Of a stretch of DNA of 64,000 bases, positions 1-9,390 are shown piece by piece (position 1 is the first letter of the stretch; each line of letters opens with the position of its first letter). Under the pieces are notes generated by a model. It searched no databases and had not been told where the DNA came from. It saw nothing but the letters and a program-made list of their open reading frames with translations. Made by a program: the position numbers and the translations under genes. The DNA is from Candidatus Eiseniibacteriota bacterium (GTDB lineage: Bacteria; Eisenbacteria; RBG-16-71-46): contig CAVUWA010000002.1 in the NCBI GenBank assembly GCA_963744995.1, positions 1,056,001 through 1,120,000 on the forward strand. Reading direction: 5' to 3'.

Positions 1-11
1 GGGAGGTCCGC

Positions 12-449
12 ATGAGCCCGCGACGCCCGGTCGTCTCCGCGCGCCATCGCGCGCGCGAGGCCGCGTTCCGCGTGGCCTACCAGGCCGAGATCGCCGGCGA
101 CTCCTACGGCCGCGCGTGGGAGCACTACGAGGAGCGCGCGCGCCTGTCGCCGGACCAGCTCGAGCTCGCGGGTGACGTGATCCGCCATCTCGACCTCCAC
201 GGCGCCGCCGTCGACGCGCAGCTCACGAGCGCCGCCGCGCACTGGCCGCTCGAGCGCATGAGCGCCACCGACCGCTCGGTGCTGCGCACCGCGGTCGCCG
301 AGCTCGTCGCCCGCGCCGGCACGCCGGCCCGCGTCGTGATCGACGAGGCGGTCGAGCTGGCGAAGCGCTACGGTTCCGACGAGTCGGGCGGCTTCGTCAA
401 CGGCGTGCTCGACCGGCTCGCGCGCGAGCTGCGCCCGGAGGAGTTCTGA
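12..449 (+). CDS. nusB: Transcription antitermination factor NusB
   Basis: RHRAREAA N-terminus, WPLERMSATDRSVLR, VVIDEAVELAKRYG..SGGFVNGVLD. SD GGAGG precedes the ATG. Confidence 0.95.
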   Translation: MSPRRPVVSARHRAREAAFRVAYQAEIAGDSYGRAWEHYEERARLSPDQLELAGDVIRHLDLHGAAVDAQLTSAAAHWPLERMSATDRSVLRTAVAELVARAGTPARVVIDEAVELAKRYGSDESGGFVNGVLDRLARELRPEEF

Positions 450-1174
450 TGAGGCTCGCGATCCTGTCGGACATCCACGGCAACCTCGAGGCGCTCGAGG
501 CGGTGCTCGCCGACGTCGACGGCCGCGGGGTGGACGATACCGTGTGTCTCGGCGACTTCGTCGGCTACGGCGCGTCGCCCAACGAGTGCGTCGAGACGCT
601 GCGCGCACGCATCAGCGGCGCCGTGCTCGGCAACCACGACGCCGCGGCAATCGGCCGGCTCTCGCTCGGCGACTTCAACTCCGACGCCGCGACCGCGGCG
701 CGCTGGACGGAAAACGCGCTGAGCGCCGAAACGCGCACCTGGCTCGAGGCGCTTCCCTACACGATCGAGCGTGACGCCGCGCTGCTGGTGCACGCTTCGC
801 CGCTCGAGCCGCAGGCCTGGCACTACGTGCTGTCGCCGATGGACGCCGCGGAAGAGTTCGAGGCATTCGCGCACTCGATCTGCTTCATCGGTCACTCGCA
901 CTTCCCGGGTGCGTTCGAACGCGACGGCGAAGAGATGCGTTACTCGCGCCTCGCCGAGGTCACGATGCGGGCGGGCCGGCGTTACATCGTCAATGTGCCG
1001 AGCGTCGGGCAGCCGCGCGACAGCGACCCGCGGGCCGGATACGCCCTGTGGGATTCGGGGCGCGGGGTCGTGCAGCAGATCCGGCTCGACTACGACGTCG
1101 AAGGCGCCATGCGCAGGATCCGCGACGCCGGCCTGCCGGCGTTCCTGGCCGAACGCCTGCGCTGGGGGGAGTGA
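449..1174 (+). CDS. Metallophosphoesterase (calcineurin-like/YfcE family)
   Basis: SDIHGN, LGDFVGYG, GNHD, GHSH and SVGQPRD motifs. TGATG coupling to nusB. Confidence 0.92.
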   Translation: MRLAILSDIHGNLEALEAVLADVDGRGVDDTVCLGDFVGYGASPNECVETLRARISGAVLGNHDAAAIGRLSLGDFNSDAATAARWTENALSAETRTWLEALPYTIERDAALLVHASPLEPQAWHYVLSPMDAAEEFEAFAHSICFIGHSHFPGAFERDGEEMRYSRLAEVTMRAGRRYIVNVPSVGQPRDSDPRAGYALWDSGRGVVQQIRLDYDVEGAMRRIRDAGLPAFLAERLRWGE

Positions 1175-1175
1175 C

Positions 1176-1961
1176 GTGACCGGAACGCCATCGCGGGTCT
1201 CGACGCTCTCGCACTGGGAGTCCTACTGGCGCGCGCACGCCGACATCCAGGAGACGTATTCGACCGGTGGACGCCTGGTGCGCGAGATTCTCGCCGACGG
1301 CGACGTGCGCGGGAAGCGCATCATGGAGGTCGGCGCGGGCTCGGGCCGCGACGCGATCGGCCTGGTGGAGGCGGGAGCGGCGGGTTTCGTGCTCGACTAT
1401 TCGCCGGCCTCGCTCGAGCTGGTGCGGCGCCAGGCCGCGGCACGCGGCGTGGCGATCCACCTCGTGCGCGCCGACGCGCTGGCGATGCCGTTCCGCGACG
1501 GGACCTTCGACGTCGTGTTCCACCAGGGTCTGCTCGAGCACTTCCGTGATCCGATGCCGCTCACGCGCGAGAACGCGCGCGTCACGAAGCGTGGCGGCCG
1601 CGTCGTCTTCGACGTGCCGCAGACGTTTCACCTCTATACGCTGATGAAGCAGACGATGATCCTCTTCAACGTGTGGTTCGCGGGCTGGGAGACGCAGTTC
1701 ACCCCCGCGGGCCTCGAGAACGTGCTCACCCGGGCCGGGCTCGTCGTGCGGCGCACCTACGGCGAGTGGATGGTGCCGGGGCTGTTCTACCGCGTGCTGC
1801 GCGAGTCGCTGAAACGTGCGTTCGGCGTGAAGCTGCCGCTCGAACCCCGGGGCCCGGCCTGGTGGCATCGCGGCTGGACCGCGCTGCGCGCGCGGCTCGC
1901 CCGCCACCGGACGGCGCTCTATACCTGCCACGTGATCGGAACCGTGGCCGAGAAGCCATGA
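1176..1961 (+). CDS. Class I SAM-dependent methyltransferase
   Basis: EVGAGSG motif I, ADALAMPF..GTFDVVF, GLLEHF. GTG start at 1176 chosen within ORF 771..1961. Confidence 0.85.
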   Translation: MTGTPSRVSTLSHWESYWRAHADIQETYSTGGRLVREILADGDVRGKRIMEVGAGSGRDAIGLVEAGAAGFVLDYSPASLELVRRQAAARGVAIHLVRADALAMPFRDGTFDVVFHQGLLEHFRDPMPLTRENARVTKRGGRVVFDVPQTFHLYTLMKQTMILFNVWFAGWETQFTPAGLENVLTRAGLVVRRTYGEWMVPGLFYRVLRESLKRAFGVKLPLEPRGPAWWHRGWTALRARLARHRTALYTCHVIGTVAEKP

Positions 1962-3088
1962 GCGCCCGGCGCCATCTGCTCGCCATCAACTTTCGCGATC
2001 CGGCGCACCCCGAGGCGGGGGGCGCCGAGCAGCATCTGGAGGAGATCCTGCTCGAAGCCGTACGGCGCGGGCACCAGGTGACCTGGCTCACCACCGGGTT
2101 CCCGGGCGGCAAGGCCGATGACACCCATCGCGGGATGCGCATCGTGCGGCGCGGCAACTGGTGGAACTTCAATCTCATCGTGCCCGGGGTCCTGCGCCGC
2201 GAGTTCTCGAATCCGGCCCCCGATCTGGTGATCGAGGACATCAACAAGGTGCCGTGCATGACGCCGTGGTGGACGCGCGCGCCGGTCGCGGTGATCGTGC
2301 CGCATCTGTTCGGCACCGCGGCGTTCCGCGAGGCCTCGGTGCCCATCGCGCTCTACGTGCTGGTGCTCGAATCGCTGATCCCCGCCGTGTACCGGCGCTC
2401 GCGCATGGTGGTGATCTCCGAGAGCACGCGCGACGATCTCGTCGCGCGCGGCGTGCGGCGCGACCACATCGAGGTCGTCCACTGCGGCATGGATCACGCC
2501 GTGCACCAGGCGCCCCCGGATGCGAACAAGCGCGAGCGGCCGACGGTGGCGTTCGTCGGCAGGTTGCGCAGGTACAAGGGACTCGACTGGGTGCTGCGGG
2601 TGTGGCCGCGCGTGCTCGAGCGTTTTCCGGAGGCGCGGCTCGAGGTGATCGGCGACGGCCCGTACCGCGCGGCGCTTCAGCACATGGTCGAACACGCCGG
2701 CGTGGGCGCGTCGGTGGCCTTTCTGGGCTTCCTGCCGCTCCAGGAGAAAGTGCGGCGCGTGAGCGAGGCCTGGCTGCTGGTGCAGCCCTCGCCCAAGGAG
2801 GGCTGGGGGCTCACCGTGGTCGAGGCCGGCGCGGTCGGCACCGCGGTCGTGGCGGCCGACAGCCCCGGTCTGCGCGACTCGGTGCGCGGGAACGAGACCG
2901 GACTGCTGATTCCGTTCGGGGACGATGCGCAGCTGACCGGGGCGCTGACCCGCGTGCTCGGCGACGCGCCGCTGCGCGAGCGCTTCGCGCAGGCGGGGAA
3001 GGCGTGGGCGGCGCGCTTCACCTGGCCCGACTGCGCGCGCCGCTCGCTCGATGCGCTCATGCGCGGTTGCCGGGGCGCCGGCTCGTGA
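1958..3088 (+). CDS. Glycosyltransferase family 4
   Basis: AGGAE, FVGRLRRYKG, EGWGLTVVEAG (Ex7E). ATGA overlap with the upstream gene. Confidence 0.9.
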   Translation: MSARRHLLAINFRDPAHPEAGGAEQHLEEILLEAVRRGHQVTWLTTGFPGGKADDTHRGMRIVRRGNWWNFNLIVPGVLRREFSNPAPDLVIEDINKVPCMTPWWTRAPVAVIVPHLFGTAAFREASVPIALYVLVLESLIPAVYRRSRMVVISESTRDDLVARGVRRDHIEVVHCGMDHAVHQAPPDANKRERPTVAFVGRLRRYKGLDWVLRVWPRVLERFPEARLEVIGDGPYRAALQHMVEHAGVGASVAFLGFLPLQEKVRRVSEAWLLVQPSPKEGWGLTVVEAGAVGTAVVAADSPGLRDSVRGNETGLLIPFGDDAQLTGALTRVLGDAPLRERFAQAGKAWAARFTWPDCARRSLDALMRGCRGAGS

Positions 3089-4095
3089 CCGTGCGCGCCG
3101 CCACGCCGCGCGTCGCGCCGTTCTGGCGCCGTCTGCTCTCGACCGGCGCCAAGCTCGTGCTGAGCATCGGGCTCATGGCGTTCGTACTGTCGCGCGTGCC
3201 GCTCGACCGGGTGCTGGACATCTTCCGCTCCGCGCACGCGGGCTGGCTCGCGGGCGCATGGCTGCTGCTGGTCGCGAGCAACGTGCTCGGCGCATACCAG
3301 TGGAACCGGCTGCTGCAGGCGGTGGGGCTGCGGATGCCGTTCTTCAAGGTGTGCGCGATCTACCACGTCGGACTGTTCTTCAACAACTTCCTGCCGGCCA
3401 ACATCGGCGGCGACATCGCGCGTGTGCTCGACGCCTCGCGCGGCGAGAGCTCGCGCGCCGCGGCGTTCTCCACGGTGCTCATGGACCGGCTGATCGGCAT
3501 GGTGGCGCTCGGTGGCCTTGCCGTCGTCTCGACGCTGCCGCTCGTCAACCGATTTCACCTTTCCATGATCTATCTGCTGATGTTCGCCTTCTTCGCCACG
3601 GCGATCACGATCATGTGGGGCGTGCTCCATCCGGATTTCCTGACGATCGTCGAGCGGGTGCTGGCGAAGGTCGGTCTCAAGGGCCTCAAACCACGTCTCG
3701 ACAACGTATCCGAGCACCTCGGCGTGCTGCGGGTGAGGCGCGCGCTCATGGCGGAGCTGACCGTGGTGGCCCTGGCGGTTCAGGTCTCGCGGATCCTCGT
3801 CCACGTGCTGGTGGCGACGGCCCTGGGGCTGTCGATTCCGCTCGGCTACTTCTTCCTTTTCGTGCCGCTCCTGGCGGTGATAGTCTCTTTGCCCATCTCG
3901 TTGAACGGCATCGGAGTACGCGAGGGCGCCGGGATTCTGATCTTCGGGCTCATCGGCGTGACTCGCGCCGAGGCGTTCACGCTCCAGTTCGCCACATACC
4001 TCGTCGCGCTGGCCGTCAGCCTGCTCGGCGGGCTGGTCGTGCTCTCGAGGATTCCCGGCCGGCGCTCGCGCCCCGACATGACGGAGGTTTCCTGA
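3085..4095 (+). CDS. Lysylphosphatidylglycerol-synthase TM domain (UPF0104/AglD2-like) putative flippase
   Basis: GLFFNNFLPANIGGD, DRLIG, LPISLNGIGVRE; multiple TM helices. GTGA overlap. Confidence 0.85.
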   Translation: MTVRAATPRVAPFWRRLLSTGAKLVLSIGLMAFVLSRVPLDRVLDIFRSAHAGWLAGAWLLLVASNVLGAYQWNRLLQAVGLRMPFFKVCAIYHVGLFFNNFLPANIGGDIARVLDASRGESSRAAAFSTVLMDRLIGMVALGGLAVVSTLPLVNRFHLSMIYLLMFAFFATAITIMWGVLHPDFLTIVERVLAKVGLKGLKPRLDNVSEHLGVLRVRRALMAELTVVALAVQVSRILVHVLVATALGLSIPLGYFFLFVPLLAVIVSLPISLNGIGVREGAGILIFGLIGVTRAEAFTLQFATYLVALAVSLLGGLVVLSRIPGRRSRPDMTEVS

Positions 4096-6722
4096 TGGAT
4101 GCGAAGCGCGCCACCGCGTGGCTGGCGGTGGTGGTCCTGCTGGTCGTCGGCGCCGTGTACTTCATCACGCTCTCGCCTTCGGTGCCGTTCTGGGACGCGG
4201 GCGAGTTCATCGCGGTCTCGAAGATCCTCGGCATTCCACATCCGCCCGGTACGCCGTTCTACGTCCTGATCGGCCGCATCGCGACGATGATCCCGCTCGG
4301 CAACATCGCCCAGCGCATCAACGGTCTCTCCGCCATTTCCGGTCTGCTCGCCGTCGTCATCACGTATCTGACCATCGTGCGACTGATCCGCATTTCGATG
4401 GGCCCCGAACGCAAGCCGCAGGACGAGTGGATCGCCCACGTCGGCGCGCTGTTCGGCGCGTTCATGCTCGCGTTCTCGGATGCATTCTGGGAGAACTCGA
4501 TCGAGGCCGAGGTCTACTCGATGATGAGCCTCGCCCAGATCATGGTGTTCTGGCTGGGGCTCAAGTGGTGGGAGGCGCACGACATCAAGCCCACCGCCGG
4601 CCCGCTGCTGGTCTGCGTCTACATCATGTGGCTCTCGGTGGGGTTGCACCTCGGCGTGGGCATCATGGGCCTGCCGCTGCTCGTGCTGGTGGCGATGGTG
4701 GACCGCAAGGCGGCGTGGGTGTTCCTGATGCCGTTCCTCTCGGTGCTGCTGGTCACCATGGGGCTGGAAAAGATGGCCGGGGGGGTGCTGATCCTCTCCT
4801 CGGCCGTGTTCGTGTGGTTCTGGACGCAGAAGAAGCTGAACGGCTGGCTGGCCATGGGCTCGATCGCGGGCACGGTGATCCTGTTCCCGGCCGCGTTCCA
4901 GGACAAGCCCATCACCCCGGGTCTCGCGCTGCTCGCGGTGGTCGCGATCGCGGTCCCGCTGTTCTTCCTGTCGCGCGCCACCAAGGCGGGGCGGATCATC
5001 GCACTTGCGCTGTTCCTGATGATCGCCGGCTACTCGACGCACGCCTACCTGCCGATCCGCGCGGCGCAGAGCCCCGCGATCAACGAGGGCAACCCCGACA
5101 CCTGGGATCGCCTGCGCGATCTGCTCGAGCGCAAACAGTACGGCACCATGAACATGTTCGTGCGGCGCGCGCCGCTCTCGGTGCAGCTCGACAAGGAGTT
5201 CTGGCGCTACTTCAAGCGCCAGTGGCCGCTGTGGCAGTCGAAGGGTGACGAGAACCGGCTGATCCCGCTCGGCGCGCTCGTGCCGCTGCTGCTGGGGCTG
5301 TTCGGTGCATACTGGCAGGCGCGAACATCGCGCACGGCATTCCTGCCGACGTTCACGTTCGCCGGCCTCACCACGGTCGGCATGATCGTGTTCCTGAACT
5401 TCAGTCCGAACGAGGTGCGCGACCGCGACTACTTCTTCCAGAGCGGCTTCCACGCATACGCCCTGTGGATGGGGCTCGGTGCGTCCTGGCTGATCCTGTG
5501 GGTCCGCGATTCGTTCACGGAGGGACCGCTCAGGCGCGGCGCGACGTGGGGCACGATCGGGCTCGTGCTGCTGATGCCGTTCCTGCTGATGCACACCATG
5601 TGGTTCACCCACGACCGCCGCGGCAACTACGTGGCGTACGACTACGCGCGCAACATGCTCATGGATCTGGCGCCGAACTCCTTCATCTTCACCAACGGCG
5701 ACAACGACACGTTCCCGCTCTGGTACATGCAGGAGGTCGAAGGCTTCCGCAAGGACGTCCGGGTCGTGAATCTGAGTCTGCTCAACACCGACTGGTACAT
5801 CCGCCAGCTGCGCGACGAGGCGCCGAAGGTGCCGATGTCGCTCTCGGACGCGGCGATCGATCAGCTCGGCCTCGGCGCGGTGCAGGACACGACCGGAAGG
5901 ATCATCTACACGAACGAGTTCATGGTGCGACACATCATGCAGCAGGACCGCAACCCCGACGGCTCTTGGAAGAAGCAGCCGTACTGGGCCGTCACGGTGC
6001 CGAACCACTACGGTTTCGAGCCGTACTTCTCGCTCGAGGGGCTGGTCTATCGCGTGAACCCGGACTCGACGCAGCCGGACATCGACGTGGCGGCCACCGA
6101 GAAGGCGCTCTACCACGACTTCAAGTACCGCGGCCTGTTCCTCAAGGACGGGACGTGGGATCCGTCGGTCTACAAGGACGAGAACGCCTCGACGCTGTCG
6201 CGCAACTACGCCGCGGCGCACCTGCAGCTGGCGTTCTACTACCGGCGTCAGGGCAACATGAAGCGCGCGATCGAAGAGATGGAGCGCGTCTCGCGCATGT
6301 TCCCCGACTACACCGACGTGCTCGTACCGCTCGGCGGCTTCTATCTGGATGCCGGCGACACCAACAAGGCGGTGGCGCTGTTCCGCGGGCTCGCGACGCG
6401 CGACCCGCAGAACGCCGAAGCGCGTTACTACTATGGCATCTCGCTGTTCTACCAGGGCCACATCGACGAGGCGGTGCGCGAGTTCCAGAGCACGATCCAG
6501 ATCAATCCGGATTACAGTCAGGCCTACTACGCCGCGTACTACGCGCTCAAGGAAGCCGGACAGACGGAGCAGGCGATTTCGTTCCTCGACCGCTGGGTGG
6601 CGCTGCACCCGACCGATGCGCAGGCGCGCCAGCTCGCGCAGTCGGAGCGTGCGCTCTTGAAGGGTGGGGGATCGGTCGGCGGCATGGGAGGCACGCCGCT
6701 GCCGCCGCCGCAGCTGCCCTGA
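4095..6722 (+). CDS. DUF2723/TMEM260-like GT-C membrane glycosyltransferase with C-terminal TPRs
   Basis: WDAGEF..LGIPHPPGTPFY, IEAEVY, EVRDRDYFF, TNGDNDTFPLWY..VEGFRKDVRVVNLSLLNTDWYI; TPRs in the last ~170 aa. ATG 4095 (TGATG). Confidence 0.88.
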   Translation: MDAKRATAWLAVVVLLVVGAVYFITLSPSVPFWDAGEFIAVSKILGIPHPPGTPFYVLIGRIATMIPLGNIAQRINGLSAISGLLAVVITYLTIVRLIRISMGPERKPQDEWIAHVGALFGAFMLAFSDAFWENSIEAEVYSMMSLAQIMVFWLGLKWWEAHDIKPTAGPLLVCVYIMWLSVGLHLGVGIMGLPLLVLVAMVDRKAAWVFLMPFLSVLLVTMGLEKMAGGVLILSSAVFVWFWTQKKLNGWLAMGSIAGTVILFPAAFQDKPITPGLALLAVVAIAVPLFFLSRATKAGRIIALALFLMIAGYSTHAYLPIRAAQSPAINEGNPDTWDRLRDLLERKQYGTMNMFVRRAPLSVQLDKEFWRYFKRQWPLWQSKGDENRLIPLGALVPLLLGLFGAYWQARTSRTAFLPTFTFAGLTTVGMIVFLNFSPNEVRDRDYFFQSGFHAYALWMGLGASWLILWVRDSFTEGPLRRGATWGTIGLVLLMPFLLMHTMWFTHDRRGNYVAYDYARNMLMDLAPNSFIFTNGDNDTFPLWYMQEVEGFRKDVRVVNLSLLNTDWYIRQLRDEAPKVPMSLSDAAIDQLGLGAVQDTTGRIIYTNEFMVRHIMQQDRNPDGSWKKQPYWAVTVPNHYGFEPYFSLEGLVYRVNPDSTQPDIDVAATEKALYHDFKYRGLFLKDGTWDPSVYKDENASTLSRNYAAAHLQLAFYYRRQGNMKRAIEEMERVSRMFPDYTDVLVPLGGFYLDAGDTNKAVALFRGLATRDPQNAEARYYYGISLFYQGHIDEAVREFQSTIQINPDYSQAYYAAYYALKEAGQTEQAISFLDRWVALHPTDAQARQLAQSERALLKGGGSVGGMGGTPLPPPQLP

Positions 6723-6739
6723 CGCGGAGGGAGGGAAGC

Positions 6740-7696
6740 ATGGCCAGACACGCGCTGGTGACCGGCGCCGCCGGGTTCCTGGGATCGCATCTGTCGGAGC
6801 GCCTGCTCGGCGAAGGGCTCGCGGTCACGGGCGTGGACTGCTTCACCGACTACTACGATCCCGCCATCAAGCGGCGTCACGTCGCCGCCGCGCTCGCCGA
6901 CGCGAGGTTCACACTGCTCGAGCTGGACCTCGGCGAGGACGACCTCGCGGCGCTTCCCGACGTGGACGTCGTCTTCCATCAGGCGGCGCAGGCCGGCGTG
7001 CGCGCCTCGTGGGGCGCGGAGTTCGCCGGCTACACGCACCACAACGTCCTCGCCACGCAGCGGCTGCTCGAGCGGTATCGCGAGGCGACGCTCGAACGGT
7101 TCGTGTACGCCTCGTCGTCCTCGGTCTACGGCGATGCCGAACGGTTTCCGACCGGCGAGGACCTGCTGCCGCGACCGTTCTCGCCCTACGGCGTGACCAA
7201 GCTCGCCGCCGAGCACCTGACGCTCCTCTACGGTCGCAACTTCGGCCTGCCCGTCACCGCGCTGCGCTACTTCACCGTCTATGGCCCGCGCCAGCGCCCC
7301 GACATGGCATTCCACCGCTTCTGCCGCGCGATGGTCAGGGGCGAGCCGATCACCGTGTACGGCGACGGCCGCCAGTCGCGCGACTTCACCTACGTGGACG
7401 ACGCGATCGAAGCGAACGTGCGCGCATGGCACGGCGCGCGTCCGCAGGGCGTCTACAACGTCGGCGGCGGCTCGCAGGTCGAGGTGCTCGAGGCGATCGC
7501 GATCCTCGAACGCGCGCTGGAGGTGAAGGCGGAGATCCGCTTCGAGCCGCGGCCGCCCGGCGATCCGTTGCGCACGCGCGCCGACGCAACCCGGCTGCGC
7601 GCGGACCTCGGCTTCGCGCCGGCGACCCCGATCGAGCAGGGGCTGGCGGCGGAGGCGGGGTGGCTCAGGGACCTCTACGCGGACCGTCCGGCGTGA
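6740..7696 (+). CDS. NAD-dependent epimerase/dehydratase (UDP-glucuronate 4-epimerase-like)
   Basis: TGAAGFLG, HQAAQAGVR, SSSSVYG, YGVTK, RYFTVYGPRQRPDMA. Confidence 0.9.
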   Translation: MARHALVTGAAGFLGSHLSERLLGEGLAVTGVDCFTDYYDPAIKRRHVAAALADARFTLLELDLGEDDLAALPDVDVVFHQAAQAGVRASWGAEFAGYTHHNVLATQRLLERYREATLERFVYASSSSVYGDAERFPTGEDLLPRPFSPYGVTKLAAEHLTLLYGRNFGLPVTALRYFTVYGPRQRPDMAFHRFCRAMVRGEPITVYGDGRQSRDFTYVDDAIEANVRAWHGARPQGVYNVGGGSQVEVLEAIAILERALEVKAEIRFEPRPPGDPLRTRADATRLRADLGFAPATPIEQGLAAEAGWLRDLYADRPA

Positions 7697-8640
7697 GCGA
7701 GCGCCCGGGGATCTCGGCCGTGGTCCCGGCCTACAACGAGGTGGAGAGCCTCGCCGAGCTGCACGGCCAGCTGGTGCAGGCACTCGAGGCGACGGGCCGC
7801 ACGTGGGAGATCCTGTACGTCGACGACGGGTCGCGCGACGGCACCGACCGCGCGATCGCCGCGCTGTGCGAGAGCGACCGCCGGGTGAGCGCGGTATCGC
7901 TGCGCCGCAACTTCGGCAAGTCGGCCGCGCTCGCGACCGGCTTCCGGCTCGCGCGCGGCGAATGGGTGGTAACGCTCGACGCCGACCTCCAGGACGATCC
8001 GGCCGAGCTGCCGAAGCTGGTCACGGCGCTCGAGGGCGGGCTCGATCTGGTCTCGGGCTGGAAGCAGAGCCGTCAGGATCCGATCACCAAGACGCTGCCG
8101 TCGCGGCTCTTCAACGCGGTGACCTCGTCCGTGTCGGGCGTCACGCTCCACGATTTCAACTGCGGCTTCAAGCTCTACCGCCGCGAAGTCGTCGAAGCGG
8201 TGGACGTCTACGGCGAGCGCCATCGCTTCGTGCCGGCGCTTGCGCACTGGCAGGGCTTTCGCGTGGGCGAGGTGCCGGTACACCATCGGCCGCGACGCTA
8301 CGGGCGCAGCAAGTTCGGCGCGGCGCGCTTCATCAACGGCTTCCTCGACCTGATCAGCGCCGCATTTCTGTCGACCAGCGGGCTGAAACCGCTGCACGTC
8401 TTCGGCCGCATCGGCCTCGGTTCGCTCGCCGTCGGCGTCCTCATGGGCCTGTGGTTCATCGCGCAATGGCTCGGCGGCGAGCCCATGCGCGTGCGCCCGC
8501 TGATGCTGTTCGGCGCCGGCCTCGTCCTGCTCGGCATCCTGCTGATGCTGATGGGCCTGCTGGGCGAGATGATCGTGCACTCGGCGCCGCGCCCGCAGTA
8601 CCCGACCCGCAACCGGATCCACCTGGACGGCGATGCATGA
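7693..8640 (+). CDS. GT2 polyprenyl-phosphate glycosyltransferase (ArnC/GtrB-like)
   Basis: VPAYNE, VDDGSRD, RNFGKSAAL, DADLQDDP, HDFNCGFK; two C-terminal TM helices. Confidence 0.9.
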   Translation: MSERPGISAVVPAYNEVESLAELHGQLVQALEATGRTWEILYVDDGSRDGTDRAIAALCESDRRVSAVSLRRNFGKSAALATGFRLARGEWVVTLDADLQDDPAELPKLVTALEGGLDLVSGWKQSRQDPITKTLPSRLFNAVTSSVSGVTLHDFNCGFKLYRREVVEAVDVYGERHRFVPALAHWQGFRVGEVPVHHRPRRYGRSKFGAARFINGFLDLISAAFLSTSGLKPLHVFGRIGLGSLAVGVLMGLWFIAQWLGGEPMRVRPLMLFGAGLVLLGILLMLMGLLGEMIVHSAPRPQYPTRNRIHLDGDA

Positions 8641-9326
8641 GGGCGTTCGTGCTCGCCGGCGGACTCGGCACCCGATTGCGGCCGCAGTTCGGCGACGTGC
8701 CGAAGGGCATCGCCCCGGTCGCGGGGCGGCCGTTCCTCGCCCACGTGCTCGCATGGCTCGCGCGCAACGGTATTCGTGACGTGGTGCTGTGCACCGGACA
8801 CGGCGCCGGTCGCGTGCGCGAAGCACTCGGCGCCGGCGGGCCGCCCGGGATGACGCTCACGTATTCCGAGGAGCCGGAGCCGCTCGGCACCGGCGGCGCG
8901 CTCGCGCTCGCCGCGCCGCTGGTGCGGGGCCCGTCGCTGGTGGCGAACGGCGACACGCTGCTCGAATGCGATCCGTGGGCGCTCGAGCGGGCGCGTTTCG
9001 CGACCGGCGCGCTCGGCGCGGTGGCGCTGTTCCGGGTGGACGACGCGAAGAGCCGCGGCCGGGTCGAGCTCGACGGCGACCGCATCCTGCGCTTCGTCGA
9101 GAAGGACCCGGATTTCGAAGGGGCTGCATGGGTGAACGGCGGCCTCTACGCCTTCTCGCCGGTGCTGTGGCGCCGCCTTCCCGCCGGCGCTTCGTCGCTC
9201 GAACGCGACGTGCTGCCCGTGCTGGCCGCGGAGGGACGCTTGACCGGATGGCGCGTCGACGGCGAATTTCACGACATCGGCACCCCCGAGTCGTGGGCGC
9301 GCGCCGAGCGTCATCTGTCGACATGA
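8637..9326 (+). CDS. Sugar-1-phosphate nucleotidyltransferase (HddC-like guanylyltransferase)
   Basis: LAGGLGTRL..PK, EPEPLGTGGA, NGDT, FVEK, FHDIGTPE; adjacent to an HddA-like kinase. Confidence 0.85.
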   Translation: MRAFVLAGGLGTRLRPQFGDVPKGIAPVAGRPFLAHVLAWLARNGIRDVVLCTGHGAGRVREALGAGGPPGMTLTYSEEPEPLGTGGALALAAPLVRGPSLVANGDTLLECDPWALERARFATGALGAVALFRVDDAKSRGRVELDGDRILRFVEKDPDFEGAAWVNGGLYAFSPVLWRRLPAGASSLERDVLPVLAAEGRLTGWRVDGEFHDIGTPESWARAERHLST

Positions 9327-9390
9327 GCCGCCCGAACCTCCCGCGGACACGCCGCGGGACGGCCGGGTGTCGCCCGGAAGGAGTGAACGC

